DNA from: a virus
IMG/VR virus record: IMGVR_UViG_3300042908_000680
Span: 85,499 to 149,498 of that record
DNA: 64,000 bases
Direction: 5' to 3' (one strand)
A model generated the notes under the pieces. That model saw nothing but the letters and a program-made list of their open reading frames with translations. It made no database searches and was not told the DNA's origin. The position numbers and the translations under genes are program-made. Each line of letters opens with the position of its first letter. Within the stretch, counting starts at the first letter, position 1. This document shows, in pieces, positions 39,841 to 49,836 of the stretch.

Positions 39841-40699
39841 AATTGTCTCCAAGTATTAGTTTTTTAGCGTCATTAAAAATATTATCTAAGCTTTCTCTGG
39901 GTATTCTATTTCTAAAATAGTTGTAAGCACCCAACACCATTATGTCATTTGGATCTTTAGTTATTTCTAGCCATCCAACGAAATAATTCCAAACCCTGTC
40001 CTCTAAGACTAGTCTATATTTAACACCTTCTGGTCTACCAAATCTATGTAACCATCCTAGTTGTGGTAAGCATATTGCCCGTCCACCATTTCTTCTAAAT
40101 TTTTCGTGTATATATCCTTCTTCTCCACCAAATCCTTTGAAGTGCTTATTAAAGCCTAGCCAGTTTTTTGTCTCGCATGAAAAAAGTCCAAGCCCCATCA
40201 TTGGTATATCAAAAGGTTCTCCCTTTTCGTAAGCTTCTGTATTTGTCCCCCATGTTCCAAACATATCTCCACGCCAAGCGGGATCAAATTGAGTTGAATA
40301 ACTAACTTGATCATCATATATCATTGGTCCTTGTATTATATCTTTACAGTCTGGATTACTTTCATAATATTTTAATAGTGATTCTATTGCACCGGGCTTG
40401 ATTAAAACGTGGCAGTCAATAGATATTGTATATTTACCAGACGAGTTAGAAAATATTTCATTTCTTACTGCTGTACTAGCCTTTTCTTCATATGGTATAT
40501 ATTTTACGTGATTTCTAAGCCACCCCGATACGTCTTTAACAGCCTGCCCGTGCTTTCCTGTTGGATTATTGTCTATAATTATTATCTCATAGTCAATATT
40601 TTTTAGTATCTCTTGGTACATTACTAACGATTGAGTGGTAAAATACACCCCATCAAAATCGTCATATGTAGCCATTCCTATTGTAAGTAATTTATCCAT
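39827..40699 (-). CDS. Glycosyltransferase family 2
   Basis: LTIGMATYDD, IIIDNNP, ISIDCHV, GFGGEEGY, WLHRF. Confidence 0.85.
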   Translation of the reverse strand: MDKLLTIGMATYDDFDGVYFTTQSLVMYQEILKNIDYEIIIIDNNPTGKHGQAVKDVSGWLRNHVKYIPYEEKASTAVRNEIFSNSSGKYTISIDCHVLIKPGAIESLLKYYESNPDCKDIIQGPMIYDDQVSYSTQFDPAWRGDMFGTWGTNTEAYEKGEPFDIPMMGLGLFSCETKNWLGFNKHFKGFGGEEGYIHEKFRRNGGRAICLPQLGWLHRFGRPEGVKYRLVLEDRVWNYFVGWLEITKDPNDIMVLGAYNYFRNRIPRESLDNIFNDAKKLILGDNYATS

Positions 40700-40710
40700 A
40701 TCTCATTTCC

Positions 40711-41730
40711 TTAACCGGGAGCAGAATAGAATCCAATATCAAACCCTGACCTTGTGCAATCTTTTATGGTTTGATCCATACCCTTAGTTTTTATGCTATT
40801 CTCTATATATATACACATGTTCTGGTCGGTTTCGGGCCACTTATTCTTGCAATAGTGGCACAATTTAGTGCATTTCCAGTTCTCTCTATTGGGCGAAATT
40901 GGCTGTGGTTTTTCATTCTTTTTTATGTCTAGAAACCTTTCCTTTAGCATCTCCAAGAACCTTTTTTCATCAGCTTTATCAAAACACATCGAAAATGGAC
41001 CACCATCCTTAATAAAAAAGATACTCATTATTGACTGCTTGTACTGTGGGAAAAGCTTAGAAATTGCATAATTATATAGCAATAACTGAGGATCTGAACA
41101 TAACTTACCATATGTCTTTTCCTCACCAGTAGCCCAATCTAGCCTGCGACCTGTCTTCCAATCTATTACTTCGATAATGCCTTCTTCTGTTTCTGTAACT
41201 AGGTCAATTGTACCCTTAATAGCAAGTTGCCCCTTAACTTTTTGACCATTTACTTCATACTCGTAAAACGCCCAATCTTCATCAATTGGTATATCAAAAT
41301 GAGGCTCTGCCGCAACTATTTTTCTTAGTCTGGGATCAAACTGACCATCATTATACTTTAGGGTATCCCAAACAAGCTTTAAGCACAAATCTTTATCGCC
41401 CTTAGTAAAAGTATGCTTAGAGCCGCCGGTATAGAAATCAAAACTTCTAGATAATAACTTGTCAACTAATGTGTCTGTTAACAATTCATTCTTTTTAATA
41501 GACACTGTTTTTAAAGCATCATCTTCTATTGATAAAGTTAACTTCTTGGGATTGTCTTGTTGGTACTTTTTAAGTTGGGCTAGCGTTTCCATGACCTTAT
41601 GAACAATAGTGCCTAATTCCGCTTTTTTGCCACTATCTGGTTGATGCCCAAGTACATATGTTATGAAATACTGCATCTGACAATATGCATAATTATTATA
41701 ACTAGATGATCGTATGTAAGTTACTAGCAT
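40711..41730 (-). CDS. PD-(D/E)XK exonuclease, Cas4/RecB-like
   Basis: YCQMQY, GTIVHKVME, IKGTIDLV..VIDWKTG, QLLLY, C-terminal CTKLCHYC Cys cluster. Confidence 0.85.
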   Translation of the reverse strand: MLVTYIRSSSYNNYAYCQMQYFITYVLGHQPDSGKKAELGTIVHKVMETLAQLKKYQQDNPKKLTLSIEDDALKTVSIKKNELLTDTLVDKLLSRSFDFYTGGSKHTFTKGDKDLCLKLVWDTLKYNDGQFDPRLRKIVAAEPHFDIPIDEDWAFYEYEVNGQKVKGQLAIKGTIDLVTETEEGIIEVIDWKTGRRLDWATGEEKTYGKLCSDPQLLLYNYAISKLFPQYKQSIMSIFFIKDGGPFSMCFDKADEKRFLEMLKERFLDIKKNEKPQPISPNRENWKCTKLCHYCKNKWPETDQNMCIYIENSIKTKGMDQTIKDCTRSGFDIGFYSAPG

Positions 41731-42471
41731 TTAAAATCTCCAAAAGGTATTATTCTTGAGTTCGTCACATAGAACTTCTAGTGTCATATTATGATTATCA
41801 ATCACTGTATCAAAATTGTGCCAGTCAAATTTATCGCTATCTAATGATGACTCTGACTCAGAATCACTACTGAACATATTCCTAGTTAATCTGATGACAA
41901 TTCCACCATTGTCTTTTATAGCTTTAACTTCGTTGGGGAATCTAACATCTGGAACGATAGCCAACTGAGAATCTTCATCTAATATTTTATTTATTGTGGC
42001 ATGTACCCAAGCATCTGATTTGACTCGTCTTATTATCTTAGTCCCAAAGTACTCTAAAAACTCTCTATGAGTCATGCTTCCAGCTTTATTTGTTTCTGTT
42101 GGCATTTCTTCCCATAGGAAGGGTGTATATTCATTCTTTTGGTCATCACTACCATATACGTTCTTAGAATTAAGTCCGAATAGATTGACTGACATATCCT
42201 TTAAGTAATCTGCGAAATGGTATACTTTGATATAAGGCCACAATTCTCTTTGTGCATACTCAACAAAAATTGAGTCTTTTCTGGTAACGTCGAATATTCC
42301 ATATCCACTTGTGCCAGTTATATCCTGAGTATTTATTAACAAGTTGCCATCATCGCTAATAGCAAAGTCATTAATCATGGACCTTTCTTTTAGCACTTGA
42401 CCATTAATATAATTTGCTACAGTATTTTTACCAGACTGTTTTCTACCAGAAATACCAATGATTTTAACCAT
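41731..42471 (-). CDS. Deoxynucleoside monophosphate kinase
   Basis: IIGISGRKQSGKNTVA, FADYLK, REFLEYFGT, VPDVRFPNE. Confidence 0.88.
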   Translation of the reverse strand: MVKIIGISGRKQSGKNTVANYINGQVLKERSMINDFAISDDGNLLINTQDITGTSGYGIFDVTRKDSIFVEYAQRELWPYIKVYHFADYLKDMSVNLFGLNSKNVYGSDDQKNEYTPFLWEEMPTETNKAGSMTHREFLEYFGTKIIRRVKSDAWVHATINKILDEDSQLAIVPDVRFPNEVKAIKDNGGIVIRLTRNMFSSDSESESSLDSDKFDWHNFDTVIDNHNMTLEVLCDELKNNTFWRF

Positions 42472-43504
42472 TTATTGTTCCCTTAACCTGTGGTATGATA
42501 ATATTCTTTATTTGTTCAACTCTCATCTCGCCAACGTCCTTTGTTGGTATCTTAGGGAAAGATAACTTATACATTCTACCCAATTGTCTCTGGAGTTGAA
42601 CTTTTGCCTCTCGACCGGCTTGATCGTTGTCTAGTAAGACTATTATATGCGTTAGAGGCATTTTAGACAGTTTTAGTTCTTGTTCTTTGCTAAGACTCCT
42701 ACCAAAAATACTCATTGATTGATTGATACCAGCTTCATATAATCTCCAAACATCACCCTGTCCTTCTACTAGAAATAGTGACGAGGTTTGTTTAACACTT
42801 TCTATGGCACGATGATAGTTATAGAAGAAGTATCTCTTATCAAACCCCTTTGGATCTAGAAGAAATTTTGGACTTCTATATTCCTTTATAGATCTTGCTA
42901 TACAGGCTATTACTTTATCACCGGTATCATTATGAATGGGTACTACTGATCTTTCATATAGTTTAGATCCACGATCATAACAATCTCCAACATCAAAATG
43001 AATTAAAGTTTCTGGCTTAAATCCTCTTGATATGAAATATTGTGAAGGTGTTTTTACGCACTCTTCTATTTCAATGGCTGGATAGTTATCGTCTAGTTTA
43101 ATACTAGAGTTTATTGTATTTACTAGTTTGTTGAAGTCATCTTCTTTTACTGGTTCTTTTACAATGGGCTTTTGAGATGAACTTCTACCCTTTTTAATAC
43201 CTAGAAAATCACATGCCCATTTTAGAGCATCAGAAAATTCAGCTTCTATTCCACTCTCTTTTGAAAGCGATCCTCTTATAACTCCAAATATATCATTTCT
43301 GTATTGTTGCTGACAATCTCTAGTCCAGCACTTCCATATGCCTTTATCTTTAGAGAATGAGAATGCTCTTGGGTTGTCGCTGCCTTCATGGACAGGGCAA
43401 TTACAATAGATGTTATCTCCCAAAACTTCGTATTTCATACCTAGTTTTGAGAATACTTCTTCTGACTGCTCGTTAAGACTATTCTTGATCTTCTGCAAGT
43501 CCAT
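42464..43504 (-). CDS. dnaG: DNA primase (CHC2 zinc finger + TOPRIM)
   Basis: CPVHEG..WKCWTRDC, LVEGQGDV, LLDNDQAG, KDVGEM. Confidence 0.9.
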   Translation of the reverse strand: MDLQKIKNSLNEQSEEVFSKLGMKYEVLGDNIYCNCPVHEGSDNPRAFSFSKDKGIWKCWTRDCQQQYRNDIFGVIRGSLSKESGIEAEFSDALKWACDFLGIKKGRSSSQKPIVKEPVKEDDFNKLVNTINSSIKLDDNYPAIEIEECVKTPSQYFISRGFKPETLIHFDVGDCYDRGSKLYERSVVPIHNDTGDKVIACIARSIKEYRSPKFLLDPKGFDKRYFFYNYHRAIESVKQTSSLFLVEGQGDVWRLYEAGINQSMSIFGRSLSKEQELKLSKMPLTHIIVLLDNDQAGREAKVQLQRQLGRMYKLSFPKIPTKDVGEMRVEQIKNIIIPQVKGTING

Positions 43505-44945
43505 TAATTTTTAGCTTATCTAATGTGTTCTGGTCTACCATACCAGTGTCTCCAACTGGTTGGTTCTTAAATTCATTACGTGTCTTTAGTTCTCGCAGCT
43601 TTGCATGAGATCCCTGCATTACCATATTGATATAATCACCATCGTCCAAACCTCCACCGTGTCTTGAAACAATTGGCACAAGCTTTCTATTGCCAGCGTT
43701 TGGCCCATCTTCTGCTAGTTCTTCTGGAGATTTGATTTTGAATATGCTGAATGATGTACATAGCCAAATTAATCTATCTGATCCAGAAACAGCGTCTGTA
43801 CTTTCTTTTGTTATGCCATCACGGTTCAATTGTACAAAGGACAAGCATGGTATGTCAAGCTTGACGCAAAGATTATGTAGGGATGTAATCTGAAAGCCAA
43901 GTGCTTGGTATTCTTGTATATTATTAGTAATAGAAGTAGATGACATTAACTTAAGATAATCATATATAATAAGACAGTTATTTGTCTTGCCATTATCCCC
44001 CATCTTCACTTCTTGCATAACCCAACGCTTAATTAGGTTAAGTATTTGTTCAAATGGTTTTCCAGCAACGCTAACATAACTATAAGGTATAGACTCAATC
44101 TTCTTAATTGCTTCCATTACCTTGCGTCGTTTTTCTTCATCTTCCGTAAACTTACCAGTGGCTACTTCATTAATTGGAACTCCACTAATATTTGCTAATA
44201 GTCTATTTAAATGATCTTCCTTACTCATTTCAGTATCTAACATCAATACTGGAACTCCACCAGAAGATACATTTAATGCTACATTATCAGCGAACACGCT
44301 TTTCCCAACTTTGGGTCGTGCTGATATTAAATCAACACACTTCCTTCGCAATCCACCGCCAATTGCTTCATCATACTTGTTGAAGCCGGTTGGAATGCCT
44401 ATAATGTCACATTTATTTTCTTCTAGAAACTGTATATAATCTTTGGCATCCTTGCCAATCTTTTCTGGAAGATCGCCGCTATCATCTTCCCTTAAGAAAT
44501 CAGTAACTGGATTCTCCAGTATTTGTATAATCTCATTTATAGACTCAGCACCAGTAACACTATCTACATCTTTATGAATTTTTGCAGTAAGACCTTTTAT
44601 CTTACGTGCAAATTCAAACTTCTTCATCTGTATTGCAAAGCTAAACACATTATCTTTGTTGATTGGGAAGTCCATTAAAGACTTAATATACTTCAACTCT
44701 TGATCTGTGTTTATGCTTTCAGAAAGATTCAACTGATCTGCTGCCGACAGTATTGATGGTATATCTACTTTCTGATCGTTGAGAATAACCTTTTCAATGC
44801 ACTTAAACAATATCTGATTATTCAAATGTCCGAAAGTATCTTGACTCACTACGTCAGATATAGCTACATATCCATCTATACCGTGCTGCAATAGTCCAGC
44901 TAAAACGGCTCTTTCTGATCCAATATCAGTTAGTTTAACTTCCAT
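43479..44945 (-). CDS. dnaB: Replicative DNA helicase, DnaB family
   Basis: SERAVLAGLL, GIPTGF, ISARPKVGKS (Walker A), LDTEM, IYDYLKL, VQLNR. Likely start is MEVKL at 44945. Confidence 0.92.
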   Translation of the reverse strand: MEVKLTDIGSERAVLAGLLQHGIDGYVAISDVVSQDTFGHLNNQILFKCIEKVILNDQKVDIPSILSAADQLNLSESINTDQELKYIKSLMDFPINKDNVFSFAIQMKKFEFARKIKGLTAKIHKDVDSVTGAESINEIIQILENPVTDFLREDDSGDLPEKIGKDAKDYIQFLEENKCDIIGIPTGFNKYDEAIGGGLRRKCVDLISARPKVGKSVFADNVALNVSSGGVPVLMLDTEMSKEDHLNRLLANISGVPINEVATGKFTEDEEKRRKVMEAIKKIESIPYSYVSVAGKPFEQILNLIKRWVMQEVKMGDNGKTNNCLIIYDYLKLMSSTSITNNIQEYQALGFQITSLHNLCVKLDIPCLSFVQLNRDGITKESTDAVSGSDRLIWLCTSFSIFKIKSPEELAEDGPNAGNRKLVPIVSRHGGGLDDGDYINMVMQGSHAKLRELKTRNEFKNQPVGDTGMVDQNTLDKLKINGLAEDQE

Positions 44946-44946
44946 A

Positions 44947-45363
44947 TTATTTGCCGGTGCATCGATTGCAACGGTAGTAATCTCCATGAACAAACTTGGG
45001 ATCTTCCTTGAACGACTTTCCACAAACATGGCATTCTACTTCTACCTTTTTGTATGGCTCACGGCGGCGAGGAGTCCTGTCAAATTGTGGGGTTTCTACT
45101 TCCCTAAATTCGCCTGTATCTTTCCATTCATTCTTTCTGGCTCTCACGGCTTCTTTTCTCCTAGTATTATTACTATCCTGCTTAAACATTGTAAAATCTT
45201 CATTCACACTTGCAGGCGGTGTGGAAGATTGTATTTTCTTTATGCTTTCTTTTTTTACTTCTTTTGGAACACTGGCTACAGTTGGACTATCACCAACTAG
45301 TGCTTTTAGTAAAGCTTGCTTTTGCTCATCGTTAAGCATGTTTATAAAATCGTTCATACTCAT
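44947..45363 (-). CDS. Hypothetical protein with C-terminal zinc finger
   Basis: CHVCGK...CNRC. Confidence 0.6.
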   Translation of the reverse strand: MSMNDFINMLNDEQKQALLKALVGDSPTVASVPKEVKKESIKKIQSSTPPASVNEDFTMFKQDSNNTRRKEAVRARKNEWKDTGEFREVETPQFDRTPRRREPYKKVEVECHVCGKSFKEDPKFVHGDYYRCNRCTGK

Positions 45364-45839
45364 GATCGTTTACCTTTCTCAAGTAGTATATCAGCTTTTC
45401 TCTTTAGTTCAAATACTTTACCATCTAATGATTGTAGCCTAGCCTCTGCTACTTCTCTCATATTTTCTAGCGATGCAGCATATGAATTACTATTAGCTAA
45501 TATATGTTTCTTAGATTCGTGCTTAGTATACTGACCAAACTCTTGACTATTCTTAACAATTAGCTTTTCCATTTGATCATTGCACCAGTTCAATGCCACT
45601 TTATTCTTACTTATTTCATCTTGAATATAGGTAGCGTAACCATATAAAAGATATGCGGCATCAAATAGTTCTGTTTGTGTTAACTTCCTAAGTTGATCAG
45701 ATGACATATCTGCTACAAATAAGTATTCTTCTCTAAAAGAAGAAAACTTTGTATTACTCAAATTTATATAGTCATTGATTGATGCTATATATTCTGCTAA
45801 CTTGTCAGATGCCTTTAATTCTTTGTCGCCACTCATCAT
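45360..45839 (-). CDS. Helical coiled-coil protein (possible UvsY-like recombination mediator)
   Basis: All-alpha pattern; lies between recA and dnaB. Confidence 0.45.
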   Translation of the reverse strand: MMSGDKELKASDKLAEYIASINDYINLSNTKFSSFREEYLFVADMSSDQLRKLTQTELFDAAYLLYGYATYIQDEISKNKVALNWCNDQMEKLIVKNSQEFGQYTKHESKKHILANSNSYAASLENMREVAEARLQSLDGKVFELKRKADILLEKGKRS

Positions 45840-46227
45840 CGCTTTCTGAATATTTTAGGGTTATTAGTTCAATTCCATTCAACTCACACCAGTTTATCTT
45901 ATCATCGTCACGAACTTGACCTTTTATGAAGTCTGCTTTGCTCCTATGAAAGAATGGATTGTACTCATAGTGCTGCTCTCCATGAACCTCAACCCCTAGT
46001 TTAATAGAAGGAATGTAAAAGTCAAGGTACAGTACAGATTTTCTATGTAAGGCTGTGCTTCCCGGTAACTTTACTTCTTCTAATATTCTATAACTATTGT
46101 ATATTTCTTTTAGCAGGTTTCTAGCCCGAATATGATATTTAGATCGCTTACGTTTGTCATCATTAAAAACATCATATCCAGTTAGATTCCACGTATATTC
46201 CTTACCATTGATACCGGTAACTTTCAA
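45805..46227 (-). CDS. DUF559/Vsr-like endonuclease
   Basis: LEEVKLPG, LYLDFYIP..GVEVHGEQHY, RDDDKINWCELNGIELI. Confidence 0.75.
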   Translation of the reverse strand: MKVTGINGKEYTWNLTGYDVFNDDKRKRSKYHIRARNLLKEIYNSYRILEEVKLPGSTALHRKSVLYLDFYIPSIKLGVEVHGEQHYEYNPFFHRSKADFIKGQVRDDDKINWCELNGIELITLKYSESDDEWRQRIKGI

Positions 46228-47330
46228 TGAAGCTCCTTTATCTTGTCATAAAGAAATGACGAAATTGCTAGATTACTATTTAAAAATTCAGCTACATTAT
46301 TCACCCCTTGGAACTTAAAGAACCTTTCTATTTCATCTGGAGTCTTACCCACTTGGTTTTCTTCTAAAGTTTTGGTAACAATGGGATTTTCCGGTTCATC
46401 TACTGCACACTGTATGGTATACCAAGCACCAGCCGCCTTGATAAGCCTAAACTCACAGGCAATCTGAATTATCTCTTGTACCTCATCAACGCCAACCCCA
46501 TACTTAATCCAACTTTCTGCTGTACTATTTGGCCTACCACCAGCAGTTGATGTTTTTATTACCCAGTTGGCTATTTGACCAACATGAACACCAGTGTCCT
46601 TTGGTACTTGCCACTTCCCGCGATGTGTGATAACCATATTTGTACCGGCTTGATATTGTAACATGTTTCCACAATCTGCCATCTTTTGTGGTGCATATGG
46701 AGATCCGCCAGTATTAGCAATATTATGAGTGATACAAATTAATATAGTCTTATTCTTCATGAGCGTACCGCTGATACGCTTGAAAAACATGGAGAGTAAT
46801 CTTGGCAAAGCATTTCTTACACCAGTTCTAACTTCTCCCTCTAATTCACACGCTGGAACCATGTTAGATAGTGAGTCTGTGATGATAACACAGCCGGGAT
46901 CATTATTAATATAAAACTCAATAATGTTTAAGAAGTCTTCAGCAGATAGAACTCTCTCGTCGGTTGATTCTATAATAATAATGTTGTCTGGCTCTAAACC
47001 TCTAATACCATCAAAGTTTTGCTTAGATAGTCTACCCTCTGTGTTTATATAAATAATTCTCTTACTGAGCTTTTGGCACTTAGCAGCAAAATGCAGTGCT
47101 GTGGTGGTCTTTCCACTTTTTGGATCTCCTGTCATTACTACAACAGACCCCTCTCTTAGCCCACCGCCAAGAGCAATATCTAATGCTGGAGATATACCTA
47201 TAACTCCAAGGTTATTTATATTTTGAAGAACTTCTGTTCCACTCCTAACAACATCACCATATTTGCTAACTATTGAATTGCTAACTGCATCTTCCGAAAA
47301 CTTACCTGTTATCTTCTTGGCTTTACTCAT
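46224..47330 (-). CDS. recA: RecA/UvsX-like recombinase
   Basis: SPALDIALGGG, GDPKSGKTT (Walker A), YINTEGR, IITDSL, IKAAGAWY. Confidence 0.88.
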   Translation of the reverse strand: MSKAKKITGKFSEDAVSNSIVSKYGDVVRSGTEVLQNINNLGVIGISPALDIALGGGLREGSVVVMTGDPKSGKTTTALHFAAKCQKLSKRIIYINTEGRLSKQNFDGIRGLEPDNIIIIESTDERVLSAEDFLNIIEFYINNDPGCVIITDSLSNMVPACELEGEVRTGVRNALPRLLSMFFKRISGTLMKNKTILICITHNIANTGGSPYAPQKMADCGNMLQYQAGTNMVITHRGKWQVPKDTGVHVGQIANWVIKTSTAGGRPNSTAESWIKYGVGVDEVQEIIQIACEFRLIKAAGAWYTIQCAVDEPENPIVTKTLEENQVGKTPDEIERFFKFQGVNNVAEFLNSNLAISSFLYDKIKELH

Positions 47331-47948
47331 AAGTTCCTCAAGTGAATAATTTCATAACAAATTGTGCCTTTTGATAATCTTCGGCATCTCTACATAATAT
47401 GCCAAGACCTCTATGTGTTCTTTCTCCGCTTCTGTCTTTACAGTCTATAATACCATGATACCCCAAAGAAGTCCACTCGTCAAATGCCCATTTTGGACCT
47501 TCACAGTACTGAGATGAATTTGATACATCGTGCAATAATATACATTTAGGCATGTAATTTTTTAGTATTTTAGTTTCAGCTTGAACAGCATTTAATGTAT
47601 GATCACCATCTAATAATATAATAGATTCTGAGTTTATTTCTTTGTCAATAGCAGACAAGCTAGATTCTTGATATAATGTTAAATTTAATAAACCACTAGC
47701 TTGTTCACGTATTTTTAAAACCGGATCAGTAAAATGCAAATCTATCAAAACACACTTATTACCAGACTCTTCACAAGCCCTCACTATACACGAAGTTGAT
47801 ACTCCATAGCAAGAGCCAACTTCTATAAAATTAGAAAATTTATTTACACTTTTGATAAAGTATTCTATTATATTGGCATGTCTAATATCCATTGACATTG
47901 TATTGTTTAGATAGGGTTCAATAATATTGTGATACTTCATAAGTTCCT
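47327..47948. repeat. 12-bp direct repeat flanking the methyltransferase gene (47327-47338 and 47937-47948)
   Basis: TCATAAGTTCCT occurs twice; on the minus strand this is AGGAACTTATGA, an RBS plus ATG. Confidence 0.7.
47338..47940 (-). CDS. Class I SAM-dependent methyltransferase (Methyltransf_24-like)
   Basis: FIEVGSCYGVST, LIDL, ILLDGDHT, ILLHDV. Confidence 0.85.
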   Translation of the reverse strand: MKYHNIIEPYLNNTMSMDIRHANIIEYFIKSVNKFSNFIEVGSCYGVSTSCIVRACEESGNKCVLIDLHFTDPVLKIREQASGLLNLTLYQESSLSAIDKEINSESIILLDGDHTLNAVQAETKILKNYMPKCILLHDVSNSSQYCEGPKWAFDEWTSLGYHGIIDCKDRSGERTHRGLGILCRDAEDYQKAQFVMKLFT

Positions 47949-48455
47949 TAATTTATTAATATTTTTCTTGTTTGAACCAAAAGATGCTGCTCTAGAAGAT
48001 AAAGTCTGTGATTCTACATGTGCTTCTAAGTTTATTTTTAGTTTTTCTTTCTCTTCATCAATTTTTTGTTGATGTTTTGCAATTACTTTTTCTGCTTCTG
48101 GACTAATCTTATACCCTCGCCCATTTTGAACACCAAGTACCAGTAGCCTATCAAAGTCTTTAGATTTTATAGCTTGCAATATAGCTTCTTCACTATATTT
48201 CTTTCTAAGTTGGACGGCAGCACCGTGCTGTTTCTTCCACAGCCAATGTAGGGGATCTCCTTTAGTCCAAAACTTATATGATGGTTTCCCCAAGTTCAAT
48301 TTCTCAGACCTTCTCAAAACTATATATTCTGCAACGTATGCTTCAAAAGTACAATATTCACCAGTGTGGATATGCTTATACTTATGAGTTTCAGACCACT
48401 GCTTTTGATAATCTTGATTAAAAAGGTCAGGCTTCTCTTTTTTCGGTGTAGTCAT
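47937..48455 (-). CDS. Hypothetical protein
   Basis: 172-aa ORF coupled to its neighbours. Confidence 0.6.
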   Translation of the reverse strand: MTTPKKEKPDLFNQDYQKQWSETHKYKHIHTGEYCTFEAYVAEYIVLRRSEKLNLGKPSYKFWTKGDPLHWLWKKQHGAAVQLRKKYSEEAILQAIKSKDFDRLLVLGVQNGRGYKISPEAEKVIAKHQQKIDEEKEKLKINLEAHVESQTLSSRAASFGSNKKNINKLRNL

Positions 48456-48861
48456 ATATTAATGCTTCCTCAAAACAGTTTTCAATTTTATCTTCATCTT
48501 CTAATTCTTTAATCAATTCTGGAATAACCCAAATAGTTTTCTTAACAATATTATTATATAACATACCAATAGTAAATGTTTGGCGTGTTGACTGACCGAA
48601 TGATCCTATTATGGATCGCGTTAAGTATACACCATCTGAATCTAGCGTGTCAACCTCTATAGAGTGAGATCGGTACTGTAGCCCAACTTTCTTAATTGAT
48701 AATTTGTTTTCTTGACAATATATTTTTAATTCAAACCAATCTGAATAATCTATTAGATATATTTCTAAATCATTAGATAAGATCGCTCTTATCCAAGTAT
48801 TATACTTATCTTTTTTATATTCTTCTAGCCAATCTTTATATGATGTTATGAAATTTTTCAT
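48427..48861 (-). CDS. Hypothetical protein
   Basis: Likely start is MKNF, by ATGA overlap. Confidence 0.6.
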   Translation of the reverse strand: MKNFITSYKDWLEEYKKDKYNTWIRAILSNDLEIYLIDYSDWFELKIYCQENKLSIKKVGLQYRSHSIEVDTLDSDGVYLTRSIIGSFGQSTRQTFTIGMLYNNIVKKTIWVIPELIKELEDEDKIENCFEEALIYDYTEKREA

Positions 48862-49142
48862 CTGATCTTGGTTACACAATCGTGCTTTTTGGGGGTAATT
48901 TTTTTGTTTTCATCTATCATTGTAGATGCACTTTCTGTCATGATTGTAGCACCATTCTGACGAGCAAATTGCTGATCAATTAATGTCCTTGGTGCTTCAA
49001 CCTTACTCTTTTTTATATATTTCTCTATAGCCCCAACCGCTCTATCTAAATCTGTAGCTATCTGCTCCATCGACTGTCCAGATTTAAATTTTTCTTCAAC
49101 ATAAAAAGCTTCTGCTTTTCCAAGTGGTCCTGTTTTAGCCAT
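48858..49142 (-). CDS. Small HTH DNA-binding protein
   Basis: SMEQIATDLDRAVGAIEKYI. Confidence 0.6.
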   Translation of the reverse strand: MAKTGPLGKAEAFYVEEKFKSGQSMEQIATDLDRAVGAIEKYIKKSKVEAPRTLIDQQFARQNGATIMTESASTMIDENKKITPKKHDCVTKIR

Positions 49143-49482
49143 TAATAAAACTCCTTTGCGCTCTTGTCATATATAATGAGTTCTTACTTTTCAAATATGA
49201 AACATAATAGTCATATGTTTGCTTACTGACTGTCTTGTATTCTAGCCTTAGATTTGATTCTCTATGGCTATCAGCACCGTATGGATCATATGGTTGACTA
49301 TTAAATACAAGGATGACATATTTCATTTGGATTCGCCCATCACCAATATCTGCGGTGATCATCTTTGCGAAAACCCTTTCATATTCATCAACAATTTGCA
49401 TTCCTATCTTGTTGATAGAAACTTCATTAATTTCTTTCTTATCAATATTTTCAACACTATCTGATGAGCTAATAAACTTCAT
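49135..49482 (-). CDS. Hypothetical protein
   Basis: 115-aa coupled ORF. Confidence 0.55.
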   Translation of the reverse strand: MKFISSSDSVENIDKKEINEVSINKIGMQIVDEYERVFAKMITADIGDGRIQMKYVILVFNSQPYDPYGADSHRESNLRLEYKTVSKQTYDYYVSYLKSKNSLYMTRAQRSFING

Positions 49483-49829
49483 TTTTCACCTGTCATTATA
49501 TATTTAGTTCTTTGAGTTTCTGACATTTTATTTATTTCTTTTTTAGAGGCAGACCCCAATGAAGAAAAGTGCGAGTCATTACCCACACTCTTCTTCGATT
49601 GGGCTTCTATCTCAGACTTCTCGTAGTGACCTTTTTTAGACCAATTTCTATCCGCGAGACTTCCAATAGTCTTAGGTTCTGACATAAAAGAAGCTATCCC
49701 ACCATATATTACCCTTCTCAGACCTTCTTTTCCACAATTTGTGCATTGAGTCAAAGCATCATCTTTTATAGATTGGTAAACGTCCTTCATTTCATGCGAA
49801 CATTCATCACAAACGTAGTCATATAGCAT
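49479..49829 (-). CDS. FmdB-family zinc-ribbon protein
   Basis: MLYDYVCDECSH...CTNCGK..LRRVI. Confidence 0.8.
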   Translation of the reverse strand: MLYDYVCDECSHEMKDVYQSIKDDALTQCTNCGKEGLRRVIYGGIASFMSEPKTIGSLADRNWSKKGHYEKSEIEAQSKKSVGNDSHFSSLGSASKKEINKMSETQRTKYIMTGEK

Positions 49830-49836
49830 TTTTTCC

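Noticed and set aside
40711-41730. CRISPR-Cas system, suggested by the Cas4-like nuclease
   Set aside because: No array or other cas genes are present; stand-alone Cas4/RecB-like exonucleases are common in phage replication modules.
31381-47940. DNA methyltransferase / restriction-modification role for the methyltransferases
   Set aside because: They carry FkbM and Methyltransf_24 signatures and lack the DPPY/NPPY or PC motifs of DNA methyltransferases.
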